Below are positions 46,646 through 54,615 of a stretch of 64,000 nucleotides of DNA, in pieces. Source of the stretch: Candidatus Nitrosotenuis sp. (lineage in GTDB: Archaea; Thermoproteota; Nitrososphaeria; Nitrososphaerales; Nitrosopumilaceae). Below the pieces are notes generated by a model, which had not been told where the DNA came from, did not search any database, and was given only the letters and a program-made list of their open reading frames with translations. Position 1 is the stretch's first letter. Each line of letters starts with the position of its first letter. The position numbers were made by a program, and so were the translations under genes. The DNA lies in NCBI GenBank assembly GCA_004322465.1, contig SCVO01000083.1:6983-70982 (forward strand). Direction: 5' to 3'.

Positions 46646-47377
46646 ATGAAAGCGTATCTTTTTGTTTTAGTTGTTCTTCTTTCGGGTTTTTCCGCAGGAG
46701 TTGTCTATGGTTTCATCAATTTTGTCACAACAGAGCCATTTCTTGACTCTGCAATAGAGCTAGAAAACCGAGCAGACTTTCAATCGGGCAAAGAAAAAGA
46801 CACGCCAGAATTTAGAGCAGAGTACAATGCCTATAGGTACTGGCAAAAAGGCGGCATGGTATTGGCTGGTGGAATCTTTGGTCTTGCTACCGGTTCGCTT
46901 TTTGGAATAGTCTTTGCCTATTCAAGAAAGTCCTTGCCCGGAAAACACGACGTGCAAAAAGCACTTGTCCTGGCAGGCCTGATGTGGCTTGCTGTATTTA
47001 TGATTCCATTTCTAAAGTATCCTGCAAATCCACCTACTGTGGGCGACCCAAATACCGTAGTTTACAGAGCAATTCTGTATCTTTCATTCATTGCAATCTC
47101 GGGCCTTGGCGCATTAGCGTTTTACAAACTGTACAAAAAGATTTCAAAGAACAAAAAAGTTCTGGCGTTTGTAGGTTATGCGATATTTATCGGCATAGCG
47201 TTTGTGATGATGCCTCAAAACCCAGACAAGGTATTAGCCCCAATGGATTTGGTGAGCGGATTCAGGACAATGTCTGCAACCAGCGTTACAATATACTGGA
47301 TAATCAACGCGGTAATACTTGGTGCACTGTGGCACAGATTTCAAGCTCGACACGAATTGCAAAAAGAACTTGGATAA
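46646..47377 (+). CDS. cbtA: Cobalt transporter subunit CbtA
   Basis: TEPFLDSAIELE, PFLKYPANPPTVG. Confidence 0.92.
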   Translation: MKAYLFVLVVLLSGFSAGVVYGFINFVTTEPFLDSAIELENRADFQSGKEKDTPEFRAEYNAYRYWQKGGMVLAGGIFGLATGSLFGIVFAYSRKSLPGKHDVQKALVLAGLMWLAVFMIPFLKYPANPPTVGDPNTVVYRAILYLSFIAISGLGALAFYKLYKKISKNKKVLAFVGYAIFIGIAFVMMPQNPDKVLAPMDLVSGFRTMSATSVTIYWIINAVILGALWHRFQARHELQKELG

Positions 47378-47418
47378 AATTTTACAGCAATAAAGTCATC
47401 TGGATTCAAAATAACAAG

Positions 47419-48003
47419 TTACGTTCTTTTTATCTCCATGGCATTCAGAATGTCAAGTTCTGTTTTGATCTTCTCCGGATTGCCATATCTGAGCAAAATC
47501 CTATCCCCGTCCTTTGGCACATAGTGTTGGAATTGTGAGTTCTGTCTGCCGTTTACCAAAAATGACACCTGATTGTCAAAGTCGCTACAGTATGAGGAAC
47601 CATTATTCAATGTGAGGCAGTTCTTGGCAAGAGTCATATTCAGGGTTTGAAAAAACATGCCGAGCCAAGCCTTTCTTGAATGGTTATGGAGCGTAACTCC
47701 GTCGCCATTCTCAAAATGCGTTAGTATGTCTTGGTCCTGATATTTTTCGTTAGAAAAATCGACGGCTCTGTCATTGACAAAGACCATGATGGCGGCATGA
47801 GCGTGGCCTTGATTTGGTTGAACTGCTTTCGATGTTATCGTGTTGTCAATCGATGTGGTCTGGATATTTTTTGATGGCGAGATTATGAATGAAATTGCAG
47901 AAGAACCCGCAAATATAACGACTGTAATTAAAACCACAAAGATTGAAACCAGAATGATTCTTCGTGGGCTTTTCAGATCCATGTGCTGATCTAAGCGTGT
48001 CAA
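47419..48003 (-). CDS. Membrane-anchored hypothetical protein with His motifs
   Basis: HAHAAIMVFVN, HFENGDG..LHNH, YVPKDGDRILL. Confidence 0.7.
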   Translation of the reverse strand: MTRLDQHMDLKSPRRIILVSIFVVLITVVIFAGSSAISFIISPSKNIQTTSIDNTITSKAVQPNQGHAHAAIMVFVNDRAVDFSNEKYQDQDILTHFENGDGVTLHNHSRKAWLGMFFQTLNMTLAKNCLTLNNGSSYCSDFDNQVSFLVNGRQNSQFQHYVPKDGDRILLRYGNPEKIKTELDILNAMEIKRT

Positions 48004-48112
48004 ATATTTGTACCATAGTTCTTTGATGACAGACTATATATCAAAAAATCATAATGTCAGAAAAACCATGAATTCCATAAATCTTCATTAACTACTCCTC
48101 CCATTACTACCA

Positions 48113-48565
48113 ATGCCTGCTGTCAATATACCACAAAGCATGATAACAGAACACGTTAATTGGCACACCAAACCGGGTAAACCAAACCAAGGCGGTCGCG
48201 CGATACCGCAAGGCCAGCCCGGCTCTGGCGCAGAATTTCTTAACTGGCACAACGGATTCATCTCGCGCTACAAACAGTGGAGGAAACAAAACGGCGAGAC
48301 TGCAATAAATGCGTGGCCCAAGATTCCAGCAAAGCTAAACCCGATTCCGCCAAATGTGAATCCGCCTAACTTTATGGCATTTAACACGCTTGATAGCTTT
48401 GGCATATTCCTTGAAGGCGGGATTCATGTCATCTTGCACAACAGAGCCGCATCAGTATACAACGAGCCGGTTCTTGCGTCATTTGAGTCTCCAAGGAGCT
48501 CGTACTTTTGGAAACTCCATGGCCTAATCGACAAGTGGAGAAAAGATTGGGCAAGCGCACACTGA
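48113..48565 (+). CDS. Minimal type-3 copper (tyrosinase/hemocyanin-like) protein
   Basis: H14xxxH18...FLNWH46 and H105xxxH109...FWKLH136GLID. Confidence 0.7.
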   Translation: MPAVNIPQSMITEHVNWHTKPGKPNQGGRAIPQGQPGSGAEFLNWHNGFISRYKQWRKQNGETAINAWPKIPAKLNPIPPNVNPPNFMAFNTLDSFGIFLEGGIHVILHNRAASVYNEPVLASFESPRSSYFWKLHGLIDKWRKDWASAH

Positions 48566-48633
48566 ATCTGCAGTTTGTCTTGTGAAACAACACACAAAAA
48601 CATCTTGCAAAATTTGAATCGATGCGGGTTAAT

Positions 48634-48647
48634 CTTACGTTTGTAAA
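48634..48647. promoter_or_regulatory. Island box CTTACGTTTGTAAA upstream of tbp
   Basis: About 10 nt upstream of TTAAATA. Confidence 0.75.
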
Positions 48648-48679
48648 GTATGTTGGTTAAATATGATCTAAAGTGCATC

Positions 48680-49240
48680 ATGCATGTGCTACAAACAAAA
48701 CCAGTAATCACCATACAGAATGTGGTGGCCTCGGCATCAGTCGGACAAAGAATAGATCTCGATCTTGTCACAAAGATCTTTCCCGATGTAGAGTACAACC
48801 CTGACCAATTCCCAGGACTGGTCTTCAGGCTGGAATCTCCGATGACTGCAACATTGATTTTTCGTACCGGCAAAATGGTCTGTACAGGATCAAAATCCGA
48901 AGAAAAAGCAATCCAAGCAGTAGGACTTGTGGTACAAAATCTCCGAACGGGCGGCATAAAAATAGAAAATGATGCAGTAATAACAATCCAGAACATAGTC
49001 GCTTCTGCAGACTTGGGCAGCAGAATACACTTGGAGGAGGCAGCAAGAACGTTGCCGCGAAGCATGTACGAGCCAGAACAGTTTCCCGGCCTCATATACA
49101 GAATGCCTGATCCAAAAACAGTGAGCCTGATCTTTGCATCAGGAAAAATAGTGTGCACCGGCGCAAAGAAGGAATCCGAAGTACACAGATCAGTACACAC
49201 ACTGCATGCGTTGCTTGAAGAAAAAAAGCTGATGGTCTAG
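48680..49240 (+). CDS. tbp: TATA-box-binding protein (accessory paralog)
   Basis: Two repeats IQNVVAS...YNPDQFPGL / IQNIVAS...YEPEQFPGL. Confidence 0.96.
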   Translation: MHVLQTKPVITIQNVVASASVGQRIDLDLVTKIFPDVEYNPDQFPGLVFRLESPMTATLIFRTGKMVCTGSKSEEKAIQAVGLVVQNLRTGGIKIENDAVITIQNIVASADLGSRIHLEEAARTLPRSMYEPEQFPGLIYRMPDPKTVSLIFASGKIVCTGAKKESEVHRSVHTLHALLEEKKLMV

Positions 49241-49257
49241 TTCTTTGTTTTTACAAA

Positions 49258-49566
49258 TTAGAGTTTCACAGCGTCATCAATGCTTGAAATTATGACAAGT
49301 CCTTTACTTCCATCGCCTACATGTTTTTTTATTTTTGTTACTATCGAGTCAACCAGTTTGTCCTCTACAACAGCAACAATACAGTCAACCATGTTGAACA
49401 TGGATTCTTGCATTTTTACTCCTCGTTGGCCATGTACTTTAGATCGTTCTGCGTCTCCACGCCCTCGTGCATAAAAGACAGTCAGCCCTTTCTGACCTGC
49501 TTGCTCTATCACCTCGACTATCTGCTCCAGTTTTCCAGATTGAAGATAGACTTCAATTTTTTTCAT
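49258..49566 (-). CDS. P-II-like signal transduction protein
   Basis: MKKIEVY...KGLTV...GRG...G.V.IS.IDD. Confidence 0.85.
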   Translation of the reverse strand: MKKIEVYLQSGKLEQIVEVIEQAGQKGLTVFYARGRGDAERSKVHGQRGVKMQESMFNMVDCIVAVVEDKLVDSIVTKIKKHVGDGSKGLVIISSIDDAVKL

Positions 49567-49652
49567 TGATGACGGAAGATGCTTGCCAAGTATAAACATA
49601 TTCGTCGAGATGTCTACAAAAAAACCATCTGCTAAAAATTATCAAATTTAAA

Positions 49653-49666
49653 TTGACATTTGTAAA
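49653..49666. promoter_or_regulatory. Island box TTGACATTTGTAAA
   Basis: One mismatch to consensus. Confidence 0.55.
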
Positions 49667-49813
49667 ATCACTGTCCAAATTATTGTCTGCATCTTTACCA
49701 TGAACTATAAATTAACTAAAACATGTCCGGAATATCGATGTCAGGAAAGTGGAAGTATGTGATTAATCCCCATCTATTCAAAATTCAAACATACTGTGGG
49801 AAACTGGTGTCTA

Positions 49814-50755
49814 ATGTTTAAGGCAATATTAAAACAATCATCAACCAAACTTTTCATTTTGGTAGTTGGAGTTGCATTGGTTATAGGTGGCGTGGCTGCA
49901 TTGTTTCTGGCAAATTTTGCAGTTAAAACTCATGAAAACTCAGAAACCAGCCCAAGAACCGTGTTTTGGCGCCACATTCATGGCTTAGGATTTGATCCTA
50001 CCAACAGAAACATCCTGTATATAGCAACGCATGGTGACTTTTATTGGAGCGTAGATGATGCACCCCCAAGCAAAATAGATGAACAAAGAGCAGATTACAT
50101 GGCGTTCAACGCTCCATACTCTCAAGGACTGCCACTTTATGCAAGCGGTCATCCAGCAACTGGAGGAAACACAGGACTGATCAAAAGCACAGACGGTGGA
50201 AAGACATGGCAACAAGTTGCTACAACTCTAGATCCGCCATTCGACTTCCATGCAATGGGCGTAACCAAATCTGATCCTAATCTTATAATTGGATTTGATA
50301 GTGAAGGGAGGGGCCTTTTCAAGACCGTCGATGCTGGGAAAACCTGGCAGACATTGCAATTTCCTGATTATATTACGGCGCTTGCAATTTCTCCAACTGA
50401 TTCCAATGTGATGTTTGTAGGAACCGGAAAGGGAATATACCAAACAAATGACGGTGCGCAAACTTGGACGCAGATTGAACAGTACAAAGGGCTGCTCGTA
50501 TTTGTCCTCACGTTTGATGAAAATGGAGTCCTATATGCTTCAACTGACCAGTTCGGTCTCTCAAAATCAGCAGACCTTGGACAAACTTGGGAAAAAATTA
50601 ACTCGCCAAATCTTACCATAACGAGCATAACCGTTGATGCGCAAAACAACATCATATATGTCGCAGGATATTCCTCTGACGGATTTCAGGAAGTGCACAA
50701 AAGCCCAGACGGAGGAAACAATTGGAATTTGATCGGGACGAACAAAGAATTGTAA
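49814..50755 (+). CDS. BNR/Asp-box beta-propeller protein (F510_1955-like)
   Basis: HIHGL, ATHG, SGHP, repeated S.DGG.TW. Confidence 0.85.
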   Translation: MFKAILKQSSTKLFILVVGVALVIGGVAALFLANFAVKTHENSETSPRTVFWRHIHGLGFDPTNRNILYIATHGDFYWSVDDAPPSKIDEQRADYMAFNAPYSQGLPLYASGHPATGGNTGLIKSTDGGKTWQQVATTLDPPFDFHAMGVTKSDPNLIIGFDSEGRGLFKTVDAGKTWQTLQFPDYITALAISPTDSNVMFVGTGKGIYQTNDGAQTWTQIEQYKGLLVFVLTFDENGVLYASTDQFGLSKSADLGQTWEKINSPNLTITSITVDAQNNIIYVAGYSSDGFQEVHKSPDGGNNWNLIGTNKEL

Positions 50756-50794
50756 AATGATTGAAATACTGATTGTCACGAAGAAATGAAATGA

Positions 50795-52294
50795 CTACAT
50801 ATAAAATTTGAATTTGGTGCCGACTTCGTCTTTGATGTCTATATCTGGCGGCATTTCTCTGAGAATGCTACCAACTCGTCTTGCAAAGCCAATTGTGATC
50901 GGCGCTTTGGTGCAGAACTTTGCATTATTCCAGTTCAGCTTAGTCAGGGCCAAAATTTCTTTGCAAATTGTCTCAATTGATGTCTGTCCATGATGTTCCA
51001 AAATTTCAAGTGGCGACGGTACCCTGGGGCCAGGATATACATCCAAGTAAGGAATGTACCCGGAGGTGTAAAGCAAGACGCTATTGTCAGGAAGGCGAAC
51101 CATTGTGCCTCTGATTGGCGGGTTTGTGCCCCATCTCATGAGTTTGATATCCCTTTCTCCAAACGCAACAAGATCAACTCTGTGAACGTCTTTTGATCCC
51201 TCGGCAAATCCTGCCTGTTCTCCATCATCAAATCGCGAAGTCTTGTGGATAACAATTCTGCTTGGTGGCTGACCATTTCTGTTTCTTTTGTACACATCGA
51301 TTGCCTGCTGAATCAGGCTAGTCGCGTCGTTTTTTGATATATGCGCTGCGTTATTTTCATCAGTTGTGGCCTTGTTTCCTTTCAGAACATAGCCCTCAGT
51401 ATCCAGGGAAAACATTTGTGCCAATGCGGTTCTTACCATTGCGCTGTCTCCCCTGTCGCGGAAAAAGGAAATCCCGATATAGCAGGTGTCCTGCATCAGG
51501 CCACGCACTTGCCAAGGTATGTTGTTTGACTTGTAGAACATTGCGACTACAAGATTCCAAAACGTTGTAGCATCATCTTCTCTTCTTGGCTTTTCCGGAT
51601 TGTATGGTTCGGTTGTTTGAGGCCGTATGATTTGCACAGGAATGTTGTGCTGCATGCAGATTGCTTTCACAATGCTTCTCAGATCAACTGCGTTGTACTT
51701 TTTTGGGGGAGGTGGAGTGCCAAAAAAGTGATCCAGGGTCACATGCTTTGCCCTCATTCTTTCGATGTATTTTTCTAGAGATGTTTTGGTAATAGATCCA
51801 CGTTTTCCTATAGCACCGTCTATGCAGTAATGATCGATTTTCTTCGGATACGCCAAGACAAGAACGTTAGGCTGCGGATCCCTGTCCATCAGAGCCTTAA
51901 TCTTGTCCTTGATTATTCGAGCAGAGATCTCGACTCTCTCAGAAAAGGAACTGGTATTATCGAGCTGCTTGAGTTCTTTTTCATCAATTTCCGCAGTTGA
52001 CTTGACATTGAATTTGATGTTGAGTTTCTCAAGGCCTGGAAAATTCACATGAAGAAAGCTTTCGTCTTTGCCATACGTTGTCACATTCCATCTGGAAATG
52101 AAGTCTTTGGTTTTTTCTAGCGATTCAGAATCCCCTATCAGACCTATGTTTATCTCGTATCCCGATGGTTTGTTTCCCAATGGTCCCAGGAGTGTCCAGC
52201 CCATCTTTGGCTCTGGAACTGCTATTCCTTGGCCGACATCGACAAAAGGTTCTTCCAGATGTTTTATTGTGGGTTGGAATCGCGGTAATTTCAT
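50795..52294 (-). CDS. ago: Short prokaryotic Argonaute (MID-PIWI), catalytically inactive
   Basis: DLRSIVKA/PVQI/FYK..IPW MID, CYIGISF, IVIHKTSRF, YTSG, LTKLNWNN...PITI.FARRVG; no N/PAZ; DEDX replaced; start ATG 52294. Confidence 0.93.
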   Translation of the reverse strand: MKLPRFQPTIKHLEEPFVDVGQGIAVPEPKMGWTLLGPLGNKPSGYEINIGLIGDSESLEKTKDFISRWNVTTYGKDESFLHVNFPGLEKLNIKFNVKSTAEIDEKELKQLDNTSSFSERVEISARIIKDKIKALMDRDPQPNVLVLAYPKKIDHYCIDGAIGKRGSITKTSLEKYIERMRAKHVTLDHFFGTPPPPKKYNAVDLRSIVKAICMQHNIPVQIIRPQTTEPYNPEKPRREDDATTFWNLVVAMFYKSNNIPWQVRGLMQDTCYIGISFFRDRGDSAMVRTALAQMFSLDTEGYVLKGNKATTDENNAAHISKNDATSLIQQAIDVYKRNRNGQPPSRIVIHKTSRFDDGEQAGFAEGSKDVHRVDLVAFGERDIKLMRWGTNPPIRGTMVRLPDNSVLLYTSGYIPYLDVYPGPRVPSPLEILEHHGQTSIETICKEILALTKLNWNNAKFCTKAPITIGFARRVGSILREMPPDIDIKDEVGTKFKFYM

Positions 52295-52298
52295 TCTC

Positions 52299-53792
52299 TT
52301 ATTCCTCCATTGATGTTTCCGTGAGCGGATTGTCATCTTGAGAATCATTGTAGCTTATCTGATATTCTAACGGCTCCGACTTGAGCGAGTCAAGAAAGTC
52401 TCCGCCTGCATGCAAGTCGTTTAGTATGCCAAAATTCGTCTTGGAATTGATGGACAAAATTGATACTGTGATTCTTCCCTGACCATTGCCAAAGTGTATT
52501 TCTTCCCGGTTTCCTGCCAGAATGTGCAGCATAAGTTTTACATCATAAAGATAATTATTGTTATGATACCATGAATTTTTCTTGGTACTGATTCTCGTAT
52601 TCCATCTCTGATCTAGAGGGTTGCTTCCATCTTCGGTAAGCACGCGAATCGGTTCTATGGTGAGATAGATTCCGCCGCCAAGTATGATGAAACGCATTCT
52701 TGCGCCAAAATGTTCACAGTAAAGAAGATTGCCTTCTTTACTCAATCTTATGAAAACTAGTTTTCTTGTACTTGTCGACTTGTATGGCTTCCATGTTATC
52801 TCTGGAACCGGCCCGTCAAAATATCGGATAAAATATCTGTCACGTTTTACATCATGATAAAATCTTTTCTTCCTACACAGATCTTTTAGGTTGTAGTTTA
52901 GAAGCTTGATTAGATTTTGGTGTTTTGTTTCATCTACCAACCATTCTTGTGTAGGTATTGCTGGAAACTGAGTGTCTGTGCAAAAGGTAAGCGGGTTCAT
53001 ATCATCAAAGGGGCTGAATGAGTAGATTTTTTTGTCAGATAGCAGAAATGATGGAATGTCGTATTTTGTTATTCCCTGTTTGGCAAATTCTTCGCGTATG
53101 TGATCATAAACATCCTTTGGAGAGCGAGATTCAGTGCTTGCAACATGAATAAAATCAGGCAGTTCTGTTATTGGAAACAAATTGAACCACAAAGTCTCTT
53201 CAATTACGTCTGGCTGTGCTTTTCTATTCAGCACCGAGATCACTTCTAGAGGAGTTCCCTCAGAACCTGTTGTCTGTGCAGTTCTTTTTGTTAAAGATAC
53301 AAACAACTTCCAAAACTCCCCTCCCGTTGCAGAAACAGTGCTAGTGTTTTCCCTTGTGTAGATTATTCCTCTGTTGAACGCAATGGTAGGTTGTCCGCTG
53401 GGCAGATTATAAATTCCATCAGTTTTTGGTATTGCAAGAGATGAAACCGAGCCATGAATGTACAGTATTGGAAATTTGACTGCGTTTCCATCAACCTTAC
53501 CTGCATATTCCAAGTAGGTCAGGTTGATTTTTCCGTCAATCCATTTTGAAAATTTGTCGGCCCAAGTTTGAGAGTCTATGTGAAAACTTTGATCCATACC
53601 AATTGGTTTGAACGTTGCATCCTGTACTCCGAACACTATGTATCCACCCCCATGGTTGGCCATGCCATAGACATCTTTGGCAACTTCCATCCAAGATCCG
53701 GTGCTGTTGTCGAATTTTTCCTTATAATCAAGATCTGGGGATTCGTATCCTCTATGAACGAGTTCTTCCGCAAGTTCCGATGTCAGTTCCAT
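52299..53792 (-). CDS. Schlafen (AlbA_2) domain fused to APAZ: short-pAgo partner
   Basis: ESPDLDYKE...KDVYGMANHGGGYIVFGVQD; C-terminal WFNLFPITELP...YLTIEPIRVLTEDG...NNNY; 4 nt upstream of ago. Confidence 0.85.
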   Translation of the reverse strand: MELTSELAEELVHRGYESPDLDYKEKFDNSTGSWMEVAKDVYGMANHGGGYIVFGVQDATFKPIGMDQSFHIDSQTWADKFSKWIDGKINLTYLEYAGKVDGNAVKFPILYIHGSVSSLAIPKTDGIYNLPSGQPTIAFNRGIIYTRENTSTVSATGGEFWKLFVSLTKRTAQTTGSEGTPLEVISVLNRKAQPDVIEETLWFNLFPITELPDFIHVASTESRSPKDVYDHIREEFAKQGITKYDIPSFLLSDKKIYSFSPFDDMNPLTFCTDTQFPAIPTQEWLVDETKHQNLIKLLNYNLKDLCRKKRFYHDVKRDRYFIRYFDGPVPEITWKPYKSTSTRKLVFIRLSKEGNLLYCEHFGARMRFIILGGGIYLTIEPIRVLTEDGSNPLDQRWNTRISTKKNSWYHNNNYLYDVKLMLHILAGNREEIHFGNGQGRITVSILSINSKTNFGILNDLHAGGDFLDSLKSEPLEYQISYNDSQDDNPLTETSMEE

Positions 53793-53882
53793 ATTACCAC
53801 TGAATAATTAACTGCCTGACAAATAGATAAACAACTAGTAGATCTGGTAATAACAGAATAACCAACTAATGATAAAACAGAG

Positions 53883-54350
53883 TCAATCTTTTTTCTCCTT
53901 TTCTAAAACGTCCTGATAGATCCTCTTGCAGAACGTCTCAAAGAACTCCCGGTTCTTGCACATCTGGTCGTACTCTGCAATCAGGTCTACAATATGGTAT
54001 CTCTTCCAAGTATCGTATTTTGCAGATTCTAGCGACTTTCTGAGCTTTTCATCTGACATCAAATCTTCTTCTGACATCAGCCGGAGGCCCGTTTTGATGA
54101 AACCGGGAACAAATCCAAACGAGTCGATCTCGTACAGCATTATGTGGCCAAACCTGGAATACGGGTCGTATTTTTTGGCCTCCCCCACCACCTTTCCGTA
54201 ATCATCCACAAGATAGCCGTCGTAGAGCGACTCGTATCTTTTTGAATCATCAGTAGGTATGTCGACGCTAAAGTCATCAGCGAACCTGTCGTCGTCATCT
54301 GAGATGGCGCTCCCTCCTGTACTGCTGCATCTTTTTCTGGGCCTCCTCAA
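53883..54350 (-). CDS. Hypothetical acidic protein
   Basis: 155-aa ORF co-oriented with neighbours. Confidence 0.55.
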   Translation of the reverse strand: MRRPRKRCSSTGGSAISDDDDRFADDFSVDIPTDDSKRYESLYDGYLVDDYGKVVGEAKKYDPYSRFGHIMLYEIDSFGFVPGFIKTGLRLMSEEDLMSDEKLRKSLESAKYDTWKRYHIVDLIAEYDQMCKNREFFETFCKRIYQDVLEKEKKD

Positions 54351-54600
54351 ACGAGCAGGGCTGCCAACTGTGACATTTCGTGACGTTGTTCTCCGTCAGC
54401 TCGTCTAGGCTGATGTAGCCCCATTCCGCAAACTGATCATCGTTCAGGTTCGCATATCCGTAGGCAAGATTTTCCTTCTTGTCCAATTCTGCAACCAGCC
54501 AGTAGAAACCAATCTGCGGAATTTCCCATTTCTGGTAGATTATCTTCTTCTCAGCCGGTATGTCTTCGGTTTCGTATAGTTTTGGTATTTCATCTTCCAC
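54295..54600 (-). CDS. DUF2958-family protein
   Basis: IPKLYETE...W.V.E...AYG...EWGYISLDEL. Confidence 0.8.
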   Translation of the reverse strand: MEDEIPKLYETEDIPAEKKIIYQKWEIPQIGFYWLVAELDKKENLAYGYANLNDDQFAEWGYISLDELTENNVTKCHSWQPCSFEEAQKKMQQYRRERHLR

Positions 54601-54615
54601 TTGCTCACCTCATTA

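Noticed and set aside
48424-49200. 258-aa minus-strand ORF
   Set aside because: Antisense shadow of tbp
50795-52294. Catalytically active long Argonaute
   Set aside because: No N/PAZ domains; DEDX aspartates replaced
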